Shown here: piece by piece, positions 38,709 through 49,033 of the stretch | How the letters are laid out: every line of letters begins with the position of its first letter | How positions within the stretch are numbered: the first letter of the stretch is position 1 | Source of the DNA: Minisyncoccota bacterium | Lineage (GTDB): Bacteria; Patescibacteriota; Minisyncoccia; Phycocordibacterales; UBA1006 | Length of the DNA stretch: 64,000 nucleotides | Direction of reading: 5' to 3' | Assembly (NCBI GenBank): GCA_036405175.1 | Contig: DASWYC010000002.1 | Location: forward strand, 123,429 to 187,428 | Program-made: the position numbers and the translations under genes | The notes under the pieces: model-generated | What the model saw: only the letters and a program-made list of their open reading frames with translations | What the model was told of the DNA's origin: nothing | Database searches by the model: none

Positions 38709-39251
38709 TTACTCTTCAAACGGATTAGGGGAGATATCAGCCACCTTCATAAGCGTAATTTCGCTATTTAAAGCATGTTTTTCACGTAAAAACTCAATAA
38801 ACTCTTCAATGGGATGCTGGGTCACCCAAACACCACTGCGCATCTGGATACAGCCAATAGAAACAAGGGATTTACGCACTTCGTCACGAATTTTGCGGTC
38901 TTCTTCACCAAAATCAAGCATTACCACACGATAAAAACCGTCAAAACTAAAGTCTGGATGGAGAGCAATAGGGTTTTGGAGGGGTTGTTGTTTGACGTGC
39001 TCGCGACCAATTGAGGTGAGGGAAATAGAGCAGGTGTCGTCAGAATATTCAAAGTTCACAAAGCCGCGCTCCTCAAGGCGCTTGAGTGTGCGTGAGATCA
39101 AATATTCTGGCTTAAAACTGCGCTCATCAACTGCTTTGAGTGAAGACGAGTCTGATACACGAAAGATCGCCTCAGGGACAATATCTTCCTTTGAGAGCAA
39201 GCCACGCTCCGAGAGGATCTCGAGAATGATGTGTTGGAGACTCTTTTTCAT
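38709..39251 (-). CDS. wHTH + Cas2-like/PaaX-type transcriptional regulator
   Basis: SRTLKRLEERGFV...LTSIG (wHTH); DGFYRVVMLDF.E..RKIRD..R..L..IG..Q..SGVWV. Confidence 0.7.
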   Translation of the reverse strand: MKKSLQHIILEILSERGLLSKEDIVPEAIFRVSDSSSLKAVDERSFKPEYLISRTLKRLEERGFVNFEYSDDTCSISLTSIGREHVKQQPLQNPIALHPDFSFDGFYRVVMLDFGEEDRKIRDEVRKSLVSIGCIQMRSGVWVTQHPIEEFIEFLREKHALNSEITLMKVADISPNPFEE

Positions 39252-39340
39252 GTAAAACTTATACCATATTTGACAGTTTTGACAATAAGTGACACAATTT
39301 ATTTAATTATTATTTATTAACCTTTTAAACTAAAAAGATA

Positions 39341-39733
39341 ATGTGGAAAATAATCGCCTTTATTCTTTTTGTTTGCTTTGCTGTAATTGCAAAGAAGTCG
39401 GGTTTTGGTTTTGAAGTGCTCAATCCTTTTCAGGTAGAGTTTAGAGAGGCCTGGAATGATGTTTTTGGTACTTATTTAGACACAAATCCCGTAAGTTTTT
39501 ATTGGGGAGACATTGACCTGGATGATCCAGTCAATTTGTTTGTAATATTTATTGGTGCAATAATTGTAGGCTTGCTATTTTTGATTGGATTCCTTTTAGT
39601 CGTAAGGAAGCTTTCTTCTGATGATAATGTTGCTCATGATATGTATATCGCAAAAGAGTTTAAAACATCTCTTAACGAAGACAGTTCTGGGCTATTGGAC
39701 GTTCGATCGACGGAACTTAAAAGTCTTTTATAG
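39341..39733 (+). CDS. Orphan membrane protein
   Basis: N-terminal and internal hydrophobic helices; TAACCTTTTAAA leader. Confidence 0.55.
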   Translation: MWKIIAFILFVCFAVIAKKSGFGFEVLNPFQVEFREAWNDVFGTYLDTNPVSFYWGDIDLDDPVNLFVIFIGAIIVGLLFLIGFLLVVRKLSSDDNVAHDMYIAKEFKTSLNEDSSGLLDVRSTELKSLL

Positions 39734-39767
39734 TTATTTTTTGTTCAACTTAAATTAAAAAGAAAAA

Positions 39768-39974
39768 ATGAATGCAACTTTCGCAGCAGTTTTAAATTCT
39801 GTTAATCTTATCGCCAATCTCGGTGACCCACGATTGCGTTACTATTTGTTAGTATGCGCCGTATTAATTATTTTTATGTTGATTCTTATATATTTGATGA
39901 CGCTTGGATGCTTTCTTAATCAGAGAGCACCTGCTTATCAAAAATATAGATCTACAACAATGTTGGTATCTTAA
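39768..39974 (+). CDS. Small orphan membrane protein
   Basis: 68 aa, one TM, A-rich pre-ATG region, followed by a hairpin. Confidence 0.45.
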   Translation: MNATFAAVLNSVNLIANLGDPRLRYYLLVCAVLIIFMLILIYLMTLGCFLNQRAPAYQKYRSTTMLVS

Positions 39975-40020
39975 TTAAAAAATGCCTTGCAAACTTTTAT
40001 ATTTGTAAGGCATTTTTGTG

Positions 40021-40103
40021 TGCCGGAAAGAGGACTCGAACCTCCACTTGGTTGCCCAAAATTGATTTTGAGTCAATCGCGTCTACCATTCCGCCATTCC
40101 GGC
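40021..40103 (-). tRNA. tRNA-Leu(CAA)
   Basis: GCCGGAA/TTCCGGC acceptor, ATTGA-CT-CAA-AA-TCAAT, long variable arm, GGTTCGAGTCC; CCA not encoded. Confidence 0.95.
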
Positions 40104-40204
40104 AATAGCAGAATTGTAGCATTTTGGGGATTAATTGAAAAGCAGGTTTGGATCTGATACGCTTAATAAAACTAACCTTTAAAACTTAATCGCTACCTAA
40201 TAAT

Positions 40205-40594
40205 ATGACAGCACTATCTCAAATTTCTAGGCTAATATTGCCTGAGGTTAAAGTACTCGTAAATGGTTGGTTGCGAAGAATTGACCATTCAAAAACAACC
40301 ACCAAGAAGAGAAGATTTACCAATAAGAGCTACAAAATTGAAGCTCTTATGCCATCAAATCAGATGAGTATCAAAAGCAAGAAAGAACTAAAATTCTTTG
40401 ATTGCTATGTTGGCTTTACGTTGTATCTCCAAGACGACTACAAAATGTTTGATCAGGTAGTCATAACACCAGTTCACAAAAGTCTGTACCGGGGATTCTT
40501 TATTTCTTTGCGCTCTATGAATGAAAATAATGTAATGACTGAAGTTTATTACGGACTATTCTTTGTAAAGCCTCAATTCTTATTAAACAATTAG
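40205..40594 (+). CDS. Orphan hypothetical protein
   Basis: 129-aa ORF with TAACCTTTAAAA leader. Confidence 0.5.
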   Translation: MTALSQISRLILPEVKVLVNGWLRRIDHSKTTTKKRRFTNKSYKIEALMPSNQMSIKSKKELKFFDCYVGFTLYLQDDYKMFDQVVITPVHKSLYRGFFISLRSMNENNVMTEVYYGLFFVKPQFLLNN

Positions 40595-40606
40595 AGCCAA
40601 AAACCG

Positions 40607-41107
40607 ATGAAAGTAATCAAAAGACCTCTATGGCGGAGTGCTCTTAGAGTCTCTATCGGATATATTCTTTTTGGTGATAACCGTTTGGGGATTACAAAGG
40701 CGCTTATTGATTTCTCTGAAGAAATAACGCAAAAGGAATATATCATGAGACGGCTTGAAAAAGCTGAAAAGAATAAAGGGCACTTCGCAAGTATAAGAAA
40801 AGATATTATTATCGTCTTATACGGCGCTACGCAAATTCCCGTTTTTATAAAGTTAAAAAGCGTTGCGTATTGGGTGGACGGTAATACATCCTTAAATGAT
40901 GTTTCATTTAAGTTTAAGGGTGAATGGTGGTATGACCAGGGGGATGAAAAGCTCATCCGCAAATCTGCCGTTGAGGGTTGTGTTCGGCAACTTCACGCCG
41001 TTAAATTTACAGAAGAAATGTTGGATCAAAAAAGATTTGACTTTCCTCTGGATGTGGAGGCAATTCCATCAAAAGCGAATCGTATAGTAAGGTCAGAAGT
41101 GGCCTAA
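40607..41107 (+). CDS. Orphan hypothetical protein
   Basis: 166-aa ORF in tandem with the previous one, ending at a bidirectional hairpin 41107-41141. Confidence 0.5.
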   Translation: MKVIKRPLWRSALRVSIGYILFGDNRLGITKALIDFSEEITQKEYIMRRLEKAEKNKGHFASIRKDIIIVLYGATQIPVFIKLKSVAYWVDGNTSLNDVSFKFKGEWWYDQGDEKLIRKSAVEGCVRQLHAVKFTEEMLDQKRFDFPLDVEAIPSKANRIVRSEVA

Positions 41108-41140
41108 AGGCTAAATATTTACCTATAGATATTTAGCCTT

Positions 41141-42061
41141 TTATTTTGTAAATGATCTAAATAAATCTTCAAGCGCACGCACACCATCACCGGCAGCAAT
41201 GTTATTTTGATGATAGAGAACATTAGTGCAATCACCAGCTGCCCAAATGCGATCATGAGATGTTTTTCCGGTCCAAGGATCAATCACAATAGAATTGTAT
41301 TCAGAAATTGCTACAAGGTTTTGAATCAGATGAATATTCGGAATTTGTCCGATCTCAGAAAAAATAGCTGAACAGGGAATGGTTTGTGCTTCTTCGGTGA
41401 TAGAATTTTTTACCGTAATCGATTCAAGTGCATCTTCACCATTAATTGAGGTCGGTTGTGTATTGATAAGAAGAGTAAATTTAGGATCACTCATAACTTT
41501 TTGCACGGTTGTTTCATCAGCCTTTGGCGTACTGCGTGCAATCAAGGTAACTTTTGGACAGTATTGAAGAAGTTCAAATGCGGCTTCAAAACCAGCATTA
41601 CCACCGCCAACCACTACCACTTCTTTACCAGCAAAGAGCGGTCCATCGCATGATGCGCAATACATAATGCTGGTGTTATCAAACTTTTCAATCCCATCCA
41701 CCTCCATTTTTTTGTGTGATGAGCCTGCGGCATACAGAATATTTTTTGCAGTTACGGTTTCGTTGTTTGAAAGGGTGATAGTAAAAGATTCTCCGGTATC
41801 TTCAATAGATGTTGCGCGAAAGTATTCAGAAATCACCGCCTTCTCAAGTTGATTTGCTTTGGCATGTTGTTTGAGTTTTTCTGCAAGATCAAGACCGGAA
41901 ATATGAGGTTCTCCAATCCAGTTTTGAATATCAGTTGAAACCGATGACTGTCCGCCAAACGTTTCGGTAATTAAAATAGTTGAAAGTCCTTTGCGAGAGG
42001 CATACACAAATGCCGCAACGCCGGCTGGTCCGCCGCCAATTATTGCTACGTCGTAAATCAT
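41141..42061 (-). CDS. trxB: Thioredoxin reductase / AhpF-type pyridine nucleotide-disulfide oxidoreductase
   Basis: IIGGGPAG, CASCDG, VVGGGNAG, AAGD. Confidence 0.85.
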   Translation of the reverse strand: MIYDVAIIGGGPAGVAAFVYASRKGLSTILITETFGGQSSVSTDIQNWIGEPHISGLDLAEKLKQHAKANQLEKAVISEYFRATSIEDTGESFTITLSNNETVTAKNILYAAGSSHKKMEVDGIEKFDNTSIMYCASCDGPLFAGKEVVVVGGGNAGFEAAFELLQYCPKVTLIARSTPKADETTVQKVMSDPKFTLLINTQPTSINGEDALESITVKNSITEEAQTIPCSAIFSEIGQIPNIHLIQNLVAISEYNSIVIDPWTGKTSHDRIWAAGDCTNVLYHQNNIAAGDGVRALEDLFRSFTK

Positions 42062-42092
42062 ACCAGTAGTATATCGTACCGATAGAAAGACC

Positions 42093-42216
42093 ACAAAAAC
42101 CTCTGTAAAAAGCAGCGGGTCTATCGCCCTAGTCTCGACGATCCAATATATTCGCACCTCAAAGCCTGGCGCTCATTATTGGTCGTCTGCGAACTGCTTT
42201 TTACAGAGGTTTTTGT
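42093..42216 (-). repeat. Dispersed structured intergenic element, copy D
   Basis: Perfect 23-bp outer stem ACAAAAACCTCTGTAAAAAGCAG/CTGCTTTTTACAGAGGTTTTTGT; minus-strand inner GACGACCAAT/ATTGGATCGTC, CGAATA, GAGACTA, GGG-CGATAGA-CCC. Confidence 0.8.
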
Positions 42217-42287
42217 ACCATCTTAATCTAGACGATAGCTACTCGTATGGGATTTTCTAGAGAAAATAAAAACACCTTTAGGTGTTT

Positions 42288-43523
42288 TTATTCGTTATTA
42301 AATGGTTTTCTGCGGAGAAGTGGGGGAAGTTTGCCGCCAAATCGTGAAGCACTGTTTTGCGTATTGCCAAATGAGGGTTCTTCAACAACAATTTCTGTTA
42401 CATCATGTTTAGCTGAGCGCTGAGCAGGTTGTTCTTCATCAAATTTAGGTTGATCAACTTGGATAGTAGTCTGTTGTTGAGGTGTATGCTTGGGTTCTTC
42501 TTTTTTGAGTGGTGTATGCAAGTGCTCCTTTGCAGAATGTGCTGGTTTTTGCGCATCAAATCCTGCAGCTATAATCGTTACTTTAACTTCACCTTCCTTA
42601 AGCTCCTTGAGATTATCTGGTGAGTGCATGATTTGTCCATAAATTACACGAGCATTTGGATCAATTGATTCGGTAATGATCTGAGAGATCTTGTTGAGTT
42701 CAGTCATGCGGAAGTCCTGGCCAGAAGTAATACAGTAAAGAACATTTTTAGCTCCCGAGATAGACATATTAAGAAGCGGCGTGCTGATTGCTTTGCGAGC
42801 AGCTTCTTCTGCGCGGTGTTCTCCATGCGCAAATCCAATTCCAATGAATGCTGATCCGGCACCGGTAAGAATAGCCTGGAAATCACGGAAGTCAGTGTTG
42901 ATTTTTCCTGGGGTAATAATAATGTTTGAAATTCCTTCAACCGTTTGACGCAAAATTTCATCACAGAGTTCAAATGCGTCATTAAGAGTTTTTTCTTCAT
43001 CAATAACTTCAAGAATTTGATCGTTAGGAATCACAATAATCGCATCAACTTCTTTGCGGAGATCTTCAACTCCTTTATCCGCAATGCTATTACGCTGTTT
43101 TCCTTCAAAATTAAATGGCTTGGTAACTACAGCGACCGTTAAAACACCCTGATCGCGTGCTTCACGAGCAATAACCGGTGATGCACCCGTTCCGGTTCCT
43201 CCTCCCATACCGCAGGCAATAAATACCATATCGGCACCTTTAAGTACTTCCTGGATTTCTGAGCGAGTTTCTTCTGCGGCTTCACGTCCAATATCGGGAT
43301 TCATTCCTGATCCTTTTCCACTCGTAAGATTGCGTCCCAAGTGAATCTTGGTATTTGCAAGAGACTTATGAAGATCCTGCGAGTCGGTATTCATTCCAAT
43401 AAATTCAACACCTTCAACCCCCATTCTGATCATGTGGTTAATGGCGTTAAGTCCTGATCCTCCAATGCCGATTACTTTAATATTGGCGGTCGTTTGCGGT
43501 TCTCGTTCGATTGGTCGTGGCAT
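42288..43523 (-). CDS. ftsZ: Cell division protein FtsZ
   Basis: [27 protein letters not shown]-terminal LPPLLRR. Confidence 0.98.
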   Translation of the reverse strand: MPRPIEREPQTTANIKVIGIGGSGLNAINHMIRMGVEGVEFIGMNTDSQDLHKSLANTKIHLGRNLTSGKGSGMNPDIGREAAEETRSEIQEVLKGADMVFIACGMGGGTGTGASPVIAREARDQGVLTVAVVTKPFNFEGKQRNSIADKGVEDLRKEVDAIIVIPNDQILEVIDEEKTLNDAFELCDEILRQTVEGISNIIITPGKINTDFRDFQAILTGAGSAFIGIGFAHGEHRAEEAARKAISTPLLNMSISGAKNVLYCITSGQDFRMTELNKISQIITESIDPNARVIYGQIMHSPDNLKELKEGEVKVTIIAAGFDAQKPAHSAKEHLHTPLKKEEPKHTPQQQTTIQVDQPKFDEEQPAQRSAKHDVTEIVVEEPSFGNTQNSASRFGGKLPPLLRRKPFNNE

Positions 43524-43611
43524 ATAATTCGTTAGTAAGTATAACATAAAGCAGGATGTCACTCCTTTACGACTTTAAAATATACGGTGTTGTAGATGAA
43601 TTAAAAATGAA

Positions 43612-44790
43612 TTATGGAGCAATTTTCCTGAAGATTTTCTTAAGAATAATACGGAAAGTATCCAAAATATCTTGTGCAGAGATTGAAAAGAGTGCATCTT
43701 TGTATTCTGATGCTAATAGGCAGGTTCCATATGCCGTTGCCCATGATGTTTCTCGTACACGAACGCGCGGATTGATTTGCAGATCAATGGTCGAAACAAA
43801 CGCTGGCAATTGCAAATGCATTTTTGCACTCTGATCAATTTTTTGAAGTTGAGATCCTCCTCCCATAATGATGATTCCGGCAGGGAATTGTGAATTTGGA
43901 TGATGATTTTCAAGATGGAATGAAATGGTTTCAAAAATAGATTTAAGACGCGTTTGAATAATACTTGAAACAAGATCTTTGGGGAGCGGATGAAGGAGCT
44001 TTTCAAATTCACCTTTTTTAGCTTTTTCTGCTTCTTCTAGAGAAATTTGAAGATTAATTGCAATATCGTTGGTGATATCACTTGAACCAGTTTCATACAC
44101 TTTTAGCGAAGAAAGTACCCCTTCTTCATATCCAGAGATGGTGAGCGTCTCCGCACCTAAATCAACAAAAATACAACCAGAAACTTTTTGCTTTTCCGTG
44201 AGCATTGCGCGAGCAGACGCTTGAGGAGCAGACAGCATGCCGTGAATTTCAATACCAAGTGATGAAAAAACATCAGTAATATCCATAAGGTGATGCTCCG
44301 GATACAAGATATAGAGCATTGAAGCAGAAATAACTTCACCTAACAGACCAAGAGGCTTTCCAAGAATTGGTTTTTGATCCAACAGATAACGACGAATAAT
44401 CGAATCAATAATATGATAATTAGGTTGATAGTGCTCAACATAATCCTTTCCTTTTCCGTAGAGAACCTTCAAATCATCATCGGTAATGGTTTTTCTGTGT
44501 GAAAGAGTGGTAGATGCCGTGAGTGAAAATGAGGTAAGGCCGATTCCTCCTAAAGATATGTAGCAAGATTTTATTGGAATTGATGATTCTTTTTGAGCTT
44601 TGTTGACGGCTTCCTGGATTGAACGAGAGATTTCTTTTTTATTGATGATATATCCATTACGCATGCCACGGGAGGGTGCCTCGCCGATAGAAATTATTTT
44701 AGGAGCAGTGCCGTCACTTTTAACTTCGCATACCATGACGCGAACGTGTGAGCTTCCCAGGTCAATAGATGTTATCAGAGCCGTTCTCAT
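43612..44790 (-). CDS. ftsA: Cell division protein FtsA
   Basis: IDLGSS, GMRNGYI, VDLGAET, ITNDIA, GGGSQL; directly upstream of ftsZ. Confidence 0.93.
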   Translation of the reverse strand: MRTALITSIDLGSSHVRVMVCEVKSDGTAPKIISIGEAPSRGMRNGYIINKKEISRSIQEAVNKAQKESSIPIKSCYISLGGIGLTSFSLTASTTLSHRKTITDDDLKVLYGKGKDYVEHYQPNYHIIDSIIRRYLLDQKPILGKPLGLLGEVISASMLYILYPEHHLMDITDVFSSLGIEIHGMLSAPQASARAMLTEKQKVSGCIFVDLGAETLTISGYEEGVLSSLKVYETGSSDITNDIAINLQISLEEAEKAKKGEFEKLLHPLPKDLVSSIIQTRLKSIFETISFHLENHHPNSQFPAGIIIMGGGSQLQKIDQSAKMHLQLPAFVSTIDLQINPRVRVRETSWATAYGTCLLASEYKDALFSISAQDILDTFRIILKKIFRKIAP

Positions 44791-44874
44791 GGAAATAAGT
44801 ATATCACGAGACGATTTGACATAGGTGAAAGTTGGGGTAGAAAAGTGACAGATAAAAACACCCTCAGGGTGTTT

Positions 44875-45270
44875 TTATCTGTCGATCATTGGCAGATATT
44901 TTTTATAATATTTCCGCTCTTCGGTTTCCATTTTGCTGCCATGGGTAAATCCTTTTAAATGCAAACATCCATGGATCAAAATAAATAACAAGTGTTCATG
45001 AAACGTGCGGTCATACGACGCAGCTTTTGCGCGGATTGAGGGAAGATGCAAAATAATTTCTCCTGAATCTTTTTCAAACGGAAAACTCAAAATATCAGCA
45101 GGGCCATCTTTGTGTTTAAATTGCTGATGAAGTTTTTCTGATTGTGGTGCTCGCACACACACAACAGACAGTGCATATTTTTTACCCAAAATATCATTTT
45201 TAACAGCAAATAACGGAAGCGTTGGGAACGTTCCGTTATGCATGAGCTCTACCGTAAGGGTATGATCCAT
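44875..45270 (-). CDS. ybeY: rRNA maturation endoribonuclease YbeY
   Basis: DILSFP, GEI, HGCLHLKGFTH. Confidence 0.9.
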   Translation of the reverse strand: MDHTLTVELMHNGTFPTLPLFAVKNDILGKKYALSVVCVRAPQSEKLHQQFKHKDGPADILSFPFEKDSGEIILHLPSIRAKAASYDRTFHEHLLFILIHGCLHLKGFTHGSKMETEERKYYKKYLPMIDR

Positions 45271-45283
45271 ACCGCTGTGTCAA

Positions 45284-45517
45284 TTACTGACGAGGAGCAA
45301 TTTTGCCAAGTTTCTCGAGCTTGAGTTTTTCTGCAACACGCTTAATGCGTACAAGAGCACCTTCTTTTCGCTTGAGACTTGATTTTGAGCGCTTGTAGTA
45401 GCGTTCATCTTTGATTTCTGAAACATATCCCGCAGAGCGTACTTTGCGAGAAAAGCGTCGGAGAAGTCCGAGAGCGTTTTCTGTTCCATGTTTTGTTACG
45501 ATAACTTGAAATGGCAT
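45284..45517 (-). CDS. rpsU: 30S ribosomal protein bS21
   Basis: EN..LLRRFSRKV..AG...EIK..RYYKR.S, basic tail. Confidence 0.75.
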   Translation of the reverse strand: MPFQVIVTKHGTENALGLLRRFSRKVRSAGYVSEIKDERYYKRSKSSLKRKEGALVRIKRVAEKLKLEKLGKIAPRQ

Positions 45518-45561
45518 ATGTGTTCCAATGGTACCATAGTATTTTATATTTGCAACGAAAA

Positions 45562-47109
45562 TTAAGGGTTTGCAAGATGAGGCTTGTGCTCATGTGGATG
45601 GGCTGATAATAGAGCTTCCTGGAGAATGTCGGTTGGAGTTGGGGCAAGTGCTGCATCGTCACTAATAAGCGTTAAATGGTCAGCTTTTATCATAATAAGC
45701 GCTAAAACAGTACTTCTGTTAAAGGTCGTTGCTTGACTGTAGGCAAGCTGATCATAATCCAAAATATAGAGACTATCAAAGTGGAGGGCGGTGCTCAGAA
45801 ATGCCTTTAGACTTCCAATCAAGATGCCGCCTTGGCTGTGGATATCGCTAACCATGGCGGTTATTTTTTTAGGAGAAAGTGATTCAGATGACACCTTAAA
45901 AGCATCCAGGCGGAAAAGAGGTATCTTTGTTGGAAAGTACTCACGTAAATATTCTTCAAGTTGCTCAGTACCAACACCAAGTTCTATCAAGCTGAGTGCA
46001 CCGCAATATTGGCATATATCCCACGGGTCAAAGTCTTTATTCTCATTGTGACATCGATAGGTGACTTTTTTATTCTGAACATGCTTGTGGAGTTTTGCAT
46101 CACATGACGGGCATCGTGCAACTTTTTTGCATGTGGTACAAAAGATTGCAGATGAATAGCCAGTCTGGAGTGAAAAAATTCCAATCGTCTTTTTTTGTTT
46201 AAGATCTTTGCTCAGCAAGCCAAGCATTTTTTTTGGGAGCATCGCTTCGAGTGCAGAGATATAGGTAGTGGATTGTTTATCTTTGCGTTCAATGATCGTA
46301 TAGGGAATTGTGGATATATATTTATTAAGATCTTTCGTGAGTCCATAACAATGGACTGATATATCGGCTGTTCCTAATAAGAACTGTGCGTGAGAAAAGT
46401 TGTGCTCGCTATCTTGATGATAAATATTTTCTGGCTCAATAAGAATCGTAGTAAGGCGTGTATCACTGTATATGAATGGGATAAATGATGACGTAGTAAG
46501 AATAACCGTTCGTTCACCATCTGCTTGAGTGTCACTCAAAAACTGTTCAGTAATACGTTGCTCGCCCGCAGTTGACCCGCCGTAGAATGTGGTAAGGAGT
46601 GTGTGATCAGATTCAAGTGCATCAGTAAGCTGTTCCTGAAGAGTTCGTAAATATAAAACCGACGGACAAATAATTATTAACGAGTATTCGCTTTCAAGAA
46701 TATCTTGGATTAAGGTATTGATAGGATGAAATTCATGGATAGCGGGTGTATTTGTCGAAGGTAGCCACTTAGGTAGCTGCGTCATAAATCGCTCAAAAAT
46801 CTTTGTTGAAATAAGGGTGTGAAGCGGTGTTTGTGCTTGTTCGGCAAACTTCACTATGGTCTGTAATAGGTAAGGAGTAATTATTCCGAGTGGTTCTTGC
46901 GGCTTAAGAGGTTTTAATTCAAATGACACATGCTTAATGGTAAGCTTTCGCTCAACAATTGACTGACAGGATACTACAAGTACGAACACATCATTTTGTT
47001 TGAGGGGTGCTACGAGTACAGAACCCTCTTCATATTTTTGGGTTGATCGAAACGAAAGGAGAGGATTAGGAAGGTTTCTATATAACACCAGTGCTTCAAT
47101 AATATACAT
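45562..47109 (-). CDS. priA: Degenerate primosomal protein N' (PriA-like)
   Basis: GYSSAIFCTTC..RCPSCD...CH...CQYCG..L..LGVGTEQLEE.L...FP; no Walker A or DEEH seen. Confidence 0.7.
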   Translation of the reverse strand: MYIIEALVLYRNLPNPLLSFRSTQKYEEGSVLVAPLKQNDVFVLVVSCQSIVERKLTIKHVSFELKPLKPQEPLGIITPYLLQTIVKFAEQAQTPLHTLISTKIFERFMTQLPKWLPSTNTPAIHEFHPINTLIQDILESEYSLIIICPSVLYLRTLQEQLTDALESDHTLLTTFYGGSTAGEQRITEQFLSDTQADGERTVILTTSSFIPFIYSDTRLTTILIEPENIYHQDSEHNFSHAQFLLGTADISVHCYGLTKDLNKYISTIPYTIIERKDKQSTTYISALEAMLPKKMLGLLSKDLKQKKTIGIFSLQTGYSSAIFCTTCKKVARCPSCDAKLHKHVQNKKVTYRCHNENKDFDPWDICQYCGALSLIELGVGTEQLEEYLREYFPTKIPLFRLDAFKVSSESLSPKKITAMVSDIHSQGGILIGSLKAFLSTALHFDSLYILDYDQLAYSQATTFNRSTVLALIMIKADHLTLISDDAALAPTPTDILQEALLSAHPHEHKPHLANP

Positions 47110-47261
47110 ATATCTAGTGTACCCGAGCATAGGGTAATCTTTTTTGACAATTTGCATCCACTGCTTTGTAATGTCAACAAAATTGGCTGTCATGCCTTCC
47201 CAAAATTCATCTGCTCGTGGTAGAATTTGCCCTCATGATACAACGGCGTATACTTAGCTCA

Positions 47262-48281
47262 ATGGCATCCATGTTTGTCAGAAAACTTGGTATTGATATT
47301 GGAAGTTCATATACCCGAATTTACATCCCACAAAAAGGCATTGTGCTTGAGGAGCCGACGCTGGTTGCGCTCTCTAAAAAAACTGGAGAAGTCGTAGCAA
47401 TTGGAAAAGATGCAGAAATTATGCAAGGGAAAAACCCTGACAGCATAGAAGTATATGCGCCGGTTGCTGGCGGACTTCCTGTTCACCTTCCGTTGCTTGA
47501 GGTAATGATCCGCGAATATATTCATAGTGTGATCAGCACCTATTCATTTGTTAAACCTGAGGTGGTACTTTCTATTCCGACTGATATTTCTTCAACAGAA
47601 AAACGTGCGTTGGTGGAGTCAATTTTGAAGTCACATGTAAAAGCAGTGTATGTGGTAAAACAGCCGGTGCTTGCAGCGTATGGAGCTATGATTAACACTG
47701 ATCATGCAAAAGGTTCAATGATGGTAACCATTGGAGGTGGAACTACCGATATTGCAATCACTTCTCTGGGGTCAACGGTATCAGGAAAGTCACTTAAACT
47801 TGGTGGACGTGATATTGATAAAAAAATTAAAGAATATATTGCAACAAATAAAAATCTTGAAGTGTCAGAGAAAAATGCAGAAGATATTAAAATTGCTATT
47901 GCGAGTGCTATTTTTGAAGAAGATGAAGAATATGTAGTAGAAGTGCGTGGACGTGATATCTTTTCTGGATTGCCAGCAAGTTTTGATATTACCTCAAATG
48001 AGATTTATCCCATTATTAAAGAATTTCTTGAAGAAGTTTGTGAAGGAATCCGTGTAGTGCTTTCTTTAACACCGCCAGAGATTGTGGTGGATATTATGGA
48101 TCAAGGAATCCACTTGGCAGGAGGTTCTGCCCAAATTACCAATATTACCGAATTCATTTTTAGAAAAACCGGTGTACGATCACGCTTAGTGCAAGATCCA
48201 TCCCATGTGGTAATTCTTGGAACCGACAAAGCGTTGACTAAACTTCAGGATTACAAAGACGCAGATAAAATTACACGATAA
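47262..48281 (+). CDS. mreB: MreB-like rod shape-determining actin homolog
   Basis: LGIDIGSS, EPTLVA, IGGGTTDIA, AEDIK, GRD..SGLP, TPPE...DI...GI.LAGG. Confidence 0.85.
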   Translation: MASMFVRKLGIDIGSSYTRIYIPQKGIVLEEPTLVALSKKTGEVVAIGKDAEIMQGKNPDSIEVYAPVAGGLPVHLPLLEVMIREYIHSVISTYSFVKPEVVLSIPTDISSTEKRALVESILKSHVKAVYVVKQPVLAAYGAMINTDHAKGSMMVTIGGGTTDIAITSLGSTVSGKSLKLGGRDIDKKIKEYIATNKNLEVSEKNAEDIKIAIASAIFEEDEEYVVEVRGRDIFSGLPASFDITSNEIYPIIKEFLEEVCEGIRVVLSLTPPEIVVDIMDQGIHLAGGSAQITNITEFIFRKTGVRSRLVQDPSHVVILGTDKALTKLQDYKDADKITR

Positions 48282-48351
48282 TCTCTCGCTTCGGCTGGAG
48301 ATTTTTTGATTGTCAAAGTTGGTTTCTGCAGGTGAGTGATACACTAACAGT

Positions 48352-48984
48352 ATGAATCGGTCAGGACTCTTTTTGGTAAGTATTGCAAGTGCTCAGTTGT
48401 TGAGTAGATTATCTCAACAGGAAGTGATTGGATTGCTTTCTGAAAATGGGTTTGAAGTTGATGTTCAGCAAATATCATTTCATGCAACATATGAGCGCCT
48501 TTCAATTGAAGATGCTCGGGAGCTTCGTCAAAAGATTGCAGAAGTAGTCCATGGGGCAACAATTCTTGTAGTTGCTGATCGCTTGCCAGAAGATTCACAA
48601 CAGCCATTGTTAAAAATTTTAGAAGAATTGCCGCGCAATATGCAGTTGATATTAATAACTCCGCCCTCAGCAACTATTTTACCAACGGTAATTTCTCGTG
48701 CAGTCGGGTCGTTCGCAATTAAACTTGAAGAACAAGAAGGAGAGTTCACTCAAAAAAATCTTGAGTCCCTTCACAAAAAAGATCCTGAGCTCTATAAACA
48801 CTCACTCATAACCTTTGGTAAGCAACTATTGGCACGTATTACCGCTGCTGCAAGTCTTAAAAATCCTGCCCGTGCTCAACTCTACTCAAACACTCTTAAA
48901 TTGATTGAACGCATCCCATCTGCCCGCTCAGCTAAGATGATTGGGGATTATCTTTTAAATATCGATCGACTTACCAGAAGGTAA
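48352..48984 (+). CDS. DNA polymerase III delta'-like clamp-loader subunit (divergent)
   Basis: LSIEDARELR, QQPLLKILEELP, ILPTVISR. Confidence 0.65.
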   Translation: MNRSGLFLVSIASAQLLSRLSQQEVIGLLSENGFEVDVQQISFHATYERLSIEDARELRQKIAEVVHGATILVVADRLPEDSQQPLLKILEELPRNMQLILITPPSATILPTVISRAVGSFAIKLEEQEGEFTQKNLESLHKKDPELYKHSLITFGKQLLARITAAASLKNPARAQLYSNTLKLIERIPSARSAKMIGDYLLNIDRLTRR

Positions 48985-49033
48985 CAAAGGAAAAGCCGGA
49001 ATCTTATTGATAAGATTCCGGCTCTTTAGATTT

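Noticed and set aside
38709-39251. Cas2-like domain suggesting a CRISPR-Cas locus
   Set aside because: It is fused to a wHTH (PaaX-type), and there is no cas1 or repeat-spacer array in the window.
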